A stretch of 64,000 nt of DNA from Verrucomicrobiota bacterium (GTDB lineage Bacteria; Verrucomicrobiota; Verrucomicrobiia; Verrucomicrobiales; V1-33). The stretch is from the NCBI GenBank assembly GCA_040386695.1, contig JAZKFB010000004.1:65742-129741 (forward strand), read 5' to 3'. This document shows positions 17,462-25,800 of the stretch, one piece after another. The first letter of the stretch is position 1. Every line of letters begins with the position of its first letter. A program made the translations under genes and the position numbers. The notes beneath the pieces were generated by a model. The model saw only the letters and a program-made list of their open reading frames with translations, was not told where the DNA came from and made no database searches.

Positions 17462-18736
17462 ATGAACGACAACTCTTTCGACGTGATTGTGATCGGTGGC
17501 GGCCCCGCAGGCTCCAGTTCCTCGGCGATTCTGGGTGAGGCGGGGCACCGTGTGCTGCTCCTGGAGCGCGAAAAGTTCCCGCGCTACCACATTGGCGAGT
17601 CGCTGATCCCCTTCACCTACTTCCCGCTGGAGCGGCTGGGTCTGGTGAAGCGCATGCAGGAATCGAACTTCGTCAAAAAGTACAGCGTGTGTTTTGTCCC
17701 GCCCCATGGCCGGACCAGCCAGCCGTTCTATTTCTTCAACAGTTATGACAAGGACACGGTCGCCCAGACCTGGCAGGTGCTGCGCTCGGAGTTTGACGAG
17801 ATCCTTCTCAACAACGCCCGCGACAAAGGCGTGGAGGTTCATGAGCAGACCAAGGTAGACGAGCTGCTGCGCGATGACACCGGCCGCGTGATCGGCGTCC
17901 GCGCCCTGCATCACGATGGCACCGTGAAGGAATATCACGCCAAAATCACTCTCGACTGCACGGGCAAGGAGGCCTTCACCACCGTGCGCAACGGCTGGCG
18001 CGTCCGCGATCCCTATCTCAACAAAGTGGCGGTCTGGACTTATTATAAAGGCTCCCGCCGCGAGCCGGGCATCGACGAGGGACAGACCACGGTCGCCTTT
18101 GTAAAGGACAAGGGCTGGTTCTGGCACATTCCCCAGGCCAATGACATGGTCAGCGTCGGCGTGGTGGCGGAAGGCAAATATCTTTCCCGCGACGGCGTGC
18201 GGAGCCCGGAACTCATCTTCAAACGCGAGGTCGAGGAAAATCTCTGGGTCAAGGAATCCCTCTCCCACGGCGAGCAGACCGGACAGTATTACATCACCAG
18301 CGAATACACCCATCACGCCAAACACTGCGGCAGCGAGGGCCTGCTGCTGGTCGGTGATGCCTTCGCTTTCCTCGACCCCGTGTTCAGCAGCGGCCTCATG
18401 TTCGCCATGAAAAGCGGCGTCATGGCCGGCGAGGAGGTCAGCAAGGGCCTCAGGGAGGGCAATCTGAAACCCGGGCGTTTCGCCGAATACGGCCGCTTCC
18501 TGCGCGATGGCGTGGAGAACATGCGCAAGCTGGTTTACGCCTTCTACAATCCCGACTTCAGCTTCGGCAAACTCATCCGCAACCACCCCGACGCCCAGAC
18601 CTCCGTCACCGACTGCCTCAGCGGCGATGTGAACAAGGACTACTCCGTCCTCTGGGACCAGATCCGCGAGCTGGTCCCGCTGCCGGAGGAATTGCCCCTC
18701 GGCGAGCCGCTGGTCCGCGAGGAGGCGGCGGCATAG
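17462..18736 (+). CDS. flavin-dependent halogenase-like FAD oxidoreductase, paralog 2
   Basis: ATG at 17462 (the track start at 17456 is a TTG). Motifs: VIVIGGGPAGS, FPRYHIGESLIP, VKKY, WFWHIP, GDAFAFLDPVFSSGL. Confidence 0.85.
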   Translation: MNDNSFDVIVIGGGPAGSSSSAILGEAGHRVLLLEREKFPRYHIGESLIPFTYFPLERLGLVKRMQESNFVKKYSVCFVPPHGRTSQPFYFFNSYDKDTVAQTWQVLRSEFDEILLNNARDKGVEVHEQTKVDELLRDDTGRVIGVRALHHDGTVKEYHAKITLDCTGKEAFTTVRNGWRVRDPYLNKVAVWTYYKGSRREPGIDEGQTTVAFVKDKGWFWHIPQANDMVSVGVVAEGKYLSRDGVRSPELIFKREVEENLWVKESLSHGEQTGQYYITSEYTHHAKHCGSEGLLLVGDAFAFLDPVFSSGLMFAMKSGVMAGEEVSKGLREGNLKPGRFAEYGRFLRDGVENMRKLVYAFYNPDFSFGKLIRNHPDAQTSVTDCLSGDVNKDYSVLWDQIRELVPLPEELPLGEPLVREEAAA

Positions 18737-18752
18737 ACACCTATCACAGAAG

Positions 18753-18777
18753 CGGGAGCACAGGCGTCTCGCCTGTG
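18753..18777. repeat. left copy of a 25-bp inverted repeat (itself a hairpin)
   Basis: CGGGAGCACAGGCGTCTCGCCTGTG is the exact reverse complement of 19278..19302. It contains an internal 8-bp stem CACAGGCG/CGCCTGTG. Confidence 0.85.
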
Positions 18778-18825
18778 TGCTTGGGCTTGATCATTTTTCG
18801 TGGTTTGAGGCCTTCCTGAAAGAAT

Positions 18826-18904
18826 GGGCACCTCTAAAAACCCCGGAATTCGGCCAGATTTCCCCGCTGACCGGCGTCGGAAAAGGTGGTTTTTAGAGGT
18901 GCCC
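18826..18904. repeat. 17-bp perfect inverted repeat (long hairpin, 45-nt spacer)
   Basis: GGGCACCTCTAAAAACC (18826-18842) and GGTTTTTAGAGGTGCCC (18888-18904), read directly from the sequence. Confidence 0.8.
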
Positions 18905-18957
18905 GAATGAGGCACAGCTTGCATACAAAAACTTCCTTTTTCAAAAATCCGTGGTCC

Positions 18958-19206
18958 ATGTCCCTTCAAGTTTGCCCCCGATGCCAAAAGAAAGCGTTCA
19001 CATGGTCCGTGGACGAAGAGATGTCGAAGTTCACTATTTGGCATTGTGGCGATTGTGGCTACGAATCGTCTGAGGACGAAAAGCAGGAAATGACCTGCTG
19101 TCATTGCGGCCAGGAGCGCGGCAGTTTATTACTGAAAGATGACGAAGGATTTCACCGGTGGTGCTTTGGTTGCGGCCTGTTTGAACCCACGAGTGAGTCA
19201 CTTTGA
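18958..19206 (+). CDS. small double zinc-ribbon protein (four CxxC motifs)
   Basis: MSLQVCPRCQKK...HCGDCGYE...TCCHCGQE...WCFGCGLFEP gives two CxxC...CxxC pairs. ATG at 18958, with alternatives at 18907 or the track start 18886. The local DNA is lower in GC. Confidence 0.5.
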   Translation: MSLQVCPRCQKKAFTWSVDEEMSKFTIWHCGDCGYESSEDEKQEMTCCHCGQERGSLLLKDDEGFHRWCFGCGLFEPTSESL

Positions 19207-19277
19207 ACAGCATCAACAGAAAACGCCCGGGCAGCGGCGGCATCAGCATTCTTTTAAAATCCTCACACACAGCAACG

Positions 19278-19302
19278 CACAGGCGAGACGCCTGTGCTCC
19301 CG
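19278..19302. repeat. right copy of the 25-bp inverted repeat
   Basis: CACAGGCGAGACGCCTGTGCTCCCG is the reverse complement of 18753..18777. Confidence 0.85.
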
Positions 19303-19329
19303 TCTCAAGCCTATGACGTGTAATCTGAC

Positions 19330-20853
19330 ATGAAACGCGCCCCGATTCTCTATCTCATCATCCTCACTCTGGCTGTCGTTCCGATCGCCGCCATTCTGCA
19401 TTTCGGTCAGTCCCGGTCAGCTCCGGAAGCGCAACCCGCCGTCATTGCGGTCAGCCACGCCGCAGCCGCCCAGCCCGCGGCACCCGCAGCGGCAGCGGCA
19501 GCTCACGCGGCCAACGGCGTGTCAGCCGGGACCACAATGCCAGCGCCGGCGCCATCGGCGGTGGATTCCATGCTGGCCGCGCTCCGCGAGAATTTCCACA
19601 CGCCGCTCAGCTATCTGTTTCTACAGCTGGTGATCATCCTCACGGTTTCGCGGATGATGGGGAAAATCTTCACGCGCCTCGGCCAGCCGGCGGTGGTGGG
19701 GGAAATGGCGGCGGGCATTCTGCTGGGACCGTCGCTCTTCGGACTGCTGGCGCCGGACCTGTTTCAGTCCGTGTTTCCCCCCAGCTCCTTCGGCAATCTG
19801 AAACTGCTGAGCCAGGTGGGCGTGTGCTTTTTCATGTTCGCCGTGGGCATGGAGCTGAATGTGAACCACGTCCGCAGCAAAGCCCCCTTTGCGGTGGTTG
19901 TCAGCCACTCCGGCATTGGGATCTCCTATCTGCTGGGGGTGATTCTCGCCTGGTTTCTGTATCAGGACATGGCCGCGCCGGGCACGCGTTTCCTTCCCTT
20001 CGCGCTCTTCATGGGCATCTCCATGAGCATCACCGCCTTTCCGGTGCTGGCGCGCATCCTCCAGGACCGGGGCATGAGCCGCACCCGGCTGGGGAACACC
20101 GCCATCACCTGCGCGGCGGTGGATGATGTCACCGCCTGGAGCATCTTCGCCTTTGTCGTGGCCATGGCCCGGACCACGGGCATGGCCGGCTCCGCTCTGA
20201 ATCTGCTGCTGGTGGGCCTCCTGACCGCAGTGATGCTGCTGATGGTGAAACCCGGGCTGATCCGGTGGATCGGACCGCGTCAGCTTCAGAACGAGACTCC
20301 GTCAAAGGACACCATCGCGCTGGTCATCTGCATCGTCGTGTCGGCGGCGTTCTGCACCGAACTGATCGGCATCCACGCCCTCTTCGGCGCCTTTCTGGCC
20401 GGAGCCATCATGCCGGACACCCAGGGCTTCCGCCACAAGCTGGCGGTGCGCATTGAAAATTTCTGCTCCATCCTGCTTCTGCCGCTTTTCTTCGCCTTCA
20501 CCGGCCTGAGGACCCAGATCGGCCTGCTGGGCGACTGGCAGGGCTGGCTGCTGTGCCTCGGCATCATCGCCGTGGCCACCCTGGGGAAACTCGGCGGCAG
20601 CGCCGTGACCGCGCGGCTCACAGGCATGAGCTGGAGGGATTCCCTGCAGCTCGGCGCGCTCATGAACACCCGCGGTTTAATGGAACTGATTGCCTTGAAT
20701 ATTGGCTACGATCTGGGCATTCTCCCGCCGCGCATCTTCACCATGCTCGTGATCATGGCTTTGGCCACGACCATGCTGACCGGTCCGCTGCTCACCCTGT
20801 TTGGCTCCCGCCAGCCCGTCCCCGACGGCTTGCCGGAACCCGCGCCGCGCTGA
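19330..20853 (+). CDS. CPA2-family cation:proton antiporter (Kef/NapA-like)
   Basis: 507 aa and polytopic. The segment LQLVIILTVSRMMGKIFTRLGQPAVVGEMAAGILLGPS and the overall TM pattern are typical of the Na_H_Exchanger/CPA2 family. Confidence 0.9.
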   Translation: MKRAPILYLIILTLAVVPIAAILHFGQSRSAPEAQPAVIAVSHAAAAQPAAPAAAAAAHAANGVSAGTTMPAPAPSAVDSMLAALRENFHTPLSYLFLQLVIILTVSRMMGKIFTRLGQPAVVGEMAAGILLGPSLFGLLAPDLFQSVFPPSSFGNLKLLSQVGVCFFMFAVGMELNVNHVRSKAPFAVVVSHSGIGISYLLGVILAWFLYQDMAAPGTRFLPFALFMGISMSITAFPVLARILQDRGMSRTRLGNTAITCAAVDDVTAWSIFAFVVAMARTTGMAGSALNLLLVGLLTAVMLLMVKPGLIRWIGPRQLQNETPSKDTIALVICIVVSAAFCTELIGIHALFGAFLAGAIMPDTQGFRHKLAVRIENFCSILLLPLFFAFTGLRTQIGLLGDWQGWLLCLGIIAVATLGKLGGSAVTARLTGMSWRDSLQLGALMNTRGLMELIALNIGYDLGILPPRIFTMLVIMALATTMLTGPLLTLFGSRQPVPDGLPEPAPR

Positions 20854-20931
20854 GTTCCTCCTCTCCTTCCTCCATTTCTCTGATTCCTCGAAACTCACGT
20901 CTTCTCCTCCCCGCTTTTCGTTTTCCCAGCT

Positions 20932-22494
20932 ATGAACAATGAGGCTCCCGGCGGCAGCGCCAGTTATGATGTCGTGGTCATCGGCGGCGCGCTTTCCGGT
21001 GCCGCCACCGCCACCCTGCTGCTGCGCCACAATCCGGGAATCCGCGTGCTCATTGTCGAAAAATCCGCCACCCTCGGCCGGCGGGTTGGCGAGGCCACAG
21101 TGGAGATCAGCGGCTACTTCATGAGCCGCGTGCTGGGCATGACCCAGTATCTCAACGAGAACCATCTTGTGAAGCAGGGCCTGCGGTTCTGGTTCAAAAA
21201 CGAGGAGGTCACCAACGTCTCCGAAGCCAGCGAACTGGGCGCGAAATACCTCTCCCGCATTCCCTCCTACCAGCTCGACCGCGCCACCTTCGACGAGGAG
21301 GTCCTCCGCCGCGCCGTCGCCGCCGGAGCCGAGCTGATCCGCCCCGCCACCGTCTCCAATGTGGAGCTGAACGACGGCGGCCCGCAGTCGATGGAGATCA
21401 AACACGGCGACAGCACCCGGAAAATCACCACGCGCTGGATCGTCGACGCCTCGGGGCTCGCCGCCGTGCTGGCCCGCAAAAACGGCTGGTGGAAATCCAA
21501 CACCGAGCACCCCACGGCCGCCGCCTGGTCGCGCTGGAAAGGCGTCAAGGACTGGGACAGCCGCGAGCTGGCGGTGAAATATCCCGCCTGGTCCCGCGCC
21601 GTTTACGGCATCCGCAACACCGCCACGAATCACATCATCGGCGACGGCTGGTGGAGCTGGTGGATTCCTCTCAAAGGCGGCGATGTCAGCGTCGGATTCG
21701 TCATCGACCAGCGCATCGCCAGCTTCACCGAGGAGGGCGGCAAGCTCGGCGACCGCATCAAAGCTTTCCTCATGAAACACCCCGTCGCCCGCGAAATGCT
21801 GGCCGACGCCACCTTCTGCGAGGAGGACATGCACTGGCGGAAAAATCTGGCCTACTACAGCACCACCTTCGCCGGCGACGGTTTTGTGCTCGTGGGCGAC
21901 GCCGCCGCGTTCATGGATCCCTTTTACAGCCCCGGCATGGACTGGATCTCCTTCACCACCAGCAGCGCCGCCAATCTCATCACCCAGCAGCGCAAAGGCA
22001 AACCCATGGCCGGACGGGTCGTGGATTATAACCGCGATTTCCGCGTCAGTCACCGCCGCTGGTTCGAGTCCCTCTACAAGGACAAATACGAATACATGGG
22101 CGAATTCGACCTCATGAGCCTCGCCTTCCGCCTCGATCTCGGGCTGTATTACTGGGGCGTGGTCGAAGTGCCGTTCAATGAGGGCGAGGAGGCGCTTTTC
22201 GCCCCGCCCTTCTCCCCGCCCAGCGGCCGCCTTTTCGCGGCGCTCATGAGCACCTACAACCGCCGCTTCGCCAAAATCGCCCGCCGCCGCCGCCGCACCG
22301 GCACCCTCGGCCGCGCGAACGCCGGCAAGCGCCGCCTCATCCCCGGCTTCATGCTCAAGCGCAGCAATATGCTCACCCTCTTCCCCATGCTCGCCGAATG
22401 GGCCTGGCTGGAAATCCGGGAAGGCTGGCGCAGCTGGCTCGACGATTCCTCCCCCTACCCGGCTCCGGCCCCCCAGGCGAAAGCCAGCGCCTGA
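20932..22494 (+). CDS. flavin-dependent halogenase-like FAD oxidoreductase, paralog 3 (divergent)
   Basis: Motifs: VVVIGGALSGA (variant dinucleotide motif), RRVGEATVE, VKQG, WSWWIP, GDAAAFMDPFYSPGM. Has a long C-terminal extension with a basic and amphipathic tail. Confidence 0.8.
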   Translation: MNNEAPGGSASYDVVVIGGALSGAATATLLLRHNPGIRVLIVEKSATLGRRVGEATVEISGYFMSRVLGMTQYLNENHLVKQGLRFWFKNEEVTNVSEASELGAKYLSRIPSYQLDRATFDEEVLRRAVAAGAELIRPATVSNVELNDGGPQSMEIKHGDSTRKITTRWIVDASGLAAVLARKNGWWKSNTEHPTAAAWSRWKGVKDWDSRELAVKYPAWSRAVYGIRNTATNHIIGDGWWSWWIPLKGGDVSVGFVIDQRIASFTEEGGKLGDRIKAFLMKHPVAREMLADATFCEEDMHWRKNLAYYSTTFAGDGFVLVGDAAAFMDPFYSPGMDWISFTTSSAANLITQQRKGKPMAGRVVDYNRDFRVSHRRWFESLYKDKYEYMGEFDLMSLAFRLDLGLYYWGVVEVPFNEGEEALFAPPFSPPSGRLFAALMSTYNRRFAKIARRRRRTGTLGRANAGKRRLIPGFMLKRSNMLTLFPMLAEWAWLEIREGWRSWLDDSSPYPAPAPQAKASA

Positions 22495-22842
22495 TTCCTT
22501 CGGTAATCAAAAACGAGCCCATCGGTGGCATGCGCCCGCCGTTGTGCATGAATCCTGCTTTGCACCTGCGAAGAGACTTCCGCAGGCGGCGTTTACCGTT
22601 TTTTTGAAACCGGGCAAGTCCGAGAGCTTGGATAAAGGGCGGAAATTGGGGCCGACCTGATTTCACAATTTGCTCCTGCGATTTAACCTTGCTTTTATTT
22701 TGTGGGTTTTCCGGTATTTTTCTCTTTTCAGAGGCCTAATTAATGAAATCCTGATGAAAAATTGTGCATTTTGCCGTTTAAAAATGTATTAAACAGGCAT
22801 TCCTTCTTCGAGAGAATAAGAATTGAAGCTTTTTTCTGAATA

Positions 22843-25800
22843 ATGCGTATGATTATTCAGTTTGGACAACCTGAACGGAATAAACCCCTTATCCAGTCTC
22901 CCGTCATGAGAAAAGTTATACCGAAATTCTTAATTCACAGGCGCATACCGGAATCACAGTCAGGACTTTCAAGCGGAGCGCCTCCGCAGGCCGTCTGGCT
23001 TGCGGCCCTCGCCTCCCTTGCCGCAGGCCCCCTTCAGGCAGCCCTCACTCCCTACTGCTGGATGCGGCTGGGGGAGACGGGCAGTGTGAGAACGGATTCC
23101 AGCGGCGCGAACCGCACCTTCACTTCCGCCTTTTCAACTTCCTCGACGGGCGCCGGCCTCGGAGGGCAGGATTCCTCCGTCATTGTGCCCACCGGAGTCG
23201 GCGGCCCACTCGGCGCGGCGGGCGGTCCGGTCAGCGCCATCTCCTCCCGCTGGGGATCCCTGAACACCCGGACTTCGGGCATGTGGATTGAAGGACCCAA
23301 CGGCGCCGTGGGAGTGGACCAGTGGAATCTGCCCGCCACCAACTGGGTCATGGAATGCTGGCTCCTGCCGGTGGAGAATGGCACCACCAAAAGCAGCGGC
23401 TCCAACCAGGCCATTTTCGTCGGAGCGGGGTCCAATAACAATGGCGCACAGGCGGGTGGTTTGAGATTCAGGATTGCCCCCGATCTTGACGTGGATGGAC
23501 TTCCCACCGGACCCCAGACCATTTTCCTGGAGGATATCGCCGCCACCCAGCCGCATCCTCTGAACACTCCGGAAAGCCCCCGCGATCCCATTCCTTTAAG
23601 GGTCGGCACTCCGGTGCCGATGGACACCACCAAATGGATGCATGTGGCCGCCGTGAATGACAATGGTTCGGTGACCTTTTATGTGAACGGAGTGGCCAGC
23701 GGAACCCCGGTCACAGGCACCAGCGCGCCCCACGGATCCCCCACCATCGGCTCCGGTCCCGACACCCGCCTGCCCTTCAATGGTTATCTGGACGAAATCC
23801 GCTTTTCCACCTTTGCCCCCGGCGCCTTTACCGTCAGCGATCTCCTGCTCCGGCCTGCCGGCCCGGCGGTCCTCGCTCAAATGCCGGCCACCCTGTCCGT
23901 GTGGGAAGGCGGGGCCGCTCCTTTTGAAGTGGGAATCGCCTATGATGAAACCGCCACTTATCAATGGAAGCTTGGGGGCGCGCCACTGCCCGGAGCGACC
24001 TCCGCCGAATACCTGCTGAGTTCGGCGGCTCCCGCCAACAGCGCCGGCGTTTACTCCAACGCCATCACCAGCGGCGGGGTGACCGTCACCAGCTCCAATG
24101 CCACTCTGACAGTCGTTCCGGTCAAAACGGCGGACACCAATTTCTACCGGACCTCCGTCCAGGCCGAAGCCTCGCTGCTGGCCTTTTTCCCCGTGGACGG
24201 CGACACCGGCACCACGGTCACCAACACCAAAAACGCGGCCCTCAACGGCACCCTCGCGGCAGGCGTTTCCTACGACGGCCGCACCGACCGCTCACTGGGT
24301 CAGCGGGCGCTGCGGTTCAAAGGAAATGCCGGCGTCGATCTGCCGGCCAATGCCACTCTGGAGTTTCCCGGCGGCACCGGCACCATTGAAGCCATCGTTT
24401 ATCTCCAGCCTGCGGGCAGTCAGGGAGAAGCCACTCTCTTCTCCCTCGCGGATGGTGATCTCTCTTATTACAAAGTCAGCGCGGGGCTCGGCGGAGGTTC
24501 CCTGACCTTTACCAATGACGCCCTGGAACAGGCCGTGACCTGGTCCGTGCCCGCAAATCTCCGGAACCGCTTTGCCCACGTCGCCTTCACGTTTTCCAGC
24601 GTCCCGCCCGTCGCCATCGGCGATCCCGTCACCTATGCGGTCACCGCTTACGTTGACGGAGAATCTCTCGGTGCCAAACCCTTTGTCTCGTTTGGGAACA
24701 ACCCGGGATTGCCGGCGCATATCGGCTCGGCCGGTCTGAACGGCGATGAACTCGCCCAGTCTCCCTGGCAGGGAACCATTGATGAGCTGGCGGTTTACAG
24801 CACCGCCCTGCCCGCCACCACCATCGCCGTCCACAATTCCCGCTTCAAATTCGGCACCGCGGTTGCCCCGCCGGAAATCACCACTCAGCCCACCGGCACC
24901 CGGAATCTGCTTGCCGGCGGCGCTCCCGCCTTCCGTGTGGTCAGCACCGGCACCGCCCCCCTCAGCTATAAATGGCAGCGGAACGGCGCGGATATCAGCG
25001 GCAATCCCACGGCCACCACCTCCACTCTGGTCCTGAACAACTCCACGGCCGCCATGTCCGGCGCCTACACCGTGACGGTGACCAATCCCCAGGGATCGGA
25101 CTCCAGCGATCCTTTCACCGTGAATTTCGCCGCCCCTCCGGACACTTATTCCGGATTCGTGCTCGCGGACAATCCCACCGCTTACTGGCGTGTGAATGAA
25201 GCCTCCGGCACGGTCATGAAAGACTACGCTGGCGGACTGGATGGAACGTATTCCACCACGGCCACCCTCGGCACCGCCGCCCAGGCCTCCATGGCCCCGG
25301 ACACCGCCCTCCGGCTCACGGCCACCGGCACTCCCATTTCCAATGCCACGGTGCCCTTCACCCCGGTGCTCAATCCCAGCGGAGCGTTCTCCCTGGAATG
25401 CTGGGTGAAACCCACGGCCTCCGGGGACACCGCCCGCGCCGTGATCTCCGCTCAGAACCGCAATGCCGGGCGCTCCGGTTACGTCCTCTACCAGGGCCTC
25501 AACGCGGGAGCCGGCTGGGAAGTCCACCTCGGCGTCGCGGAAAGCGTGAAATTCATCCAAAGCGAGGTCCCCGCCGTCGCGGGCCGCTGGGACCATGTGG
25601 TCATCACCTGGAACGGCTCCGACACCGCCCGGCTTTATGTCAATGGCGTCGAGGAGGCCACCCACGTGAACGCCACCGCCGCCGCCGCCGAGCAGGGACC
25701 TTTCCGTCCCAATCTCGAAGCGCCTCTGGAAATTGGCACCCGATTCGGCGGGGGCATCCCCTGGGACGGCACGGTCGATGAAATCGCCTTCTACAACCAG

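Noticed and set aside
18753-19302. The inverted-repeat-bounded cassette considered as an insertion sequence.
   Set aside because: No transposase-like ORF is present. The only ORF is an 82-aa Zn-ribbon protein. I could not identify target-site duplications, and each repeat is also a simple hairpin that could act as a terminator. It is reported as a cassette of uncertain nature rather than as a mobile_element feature.
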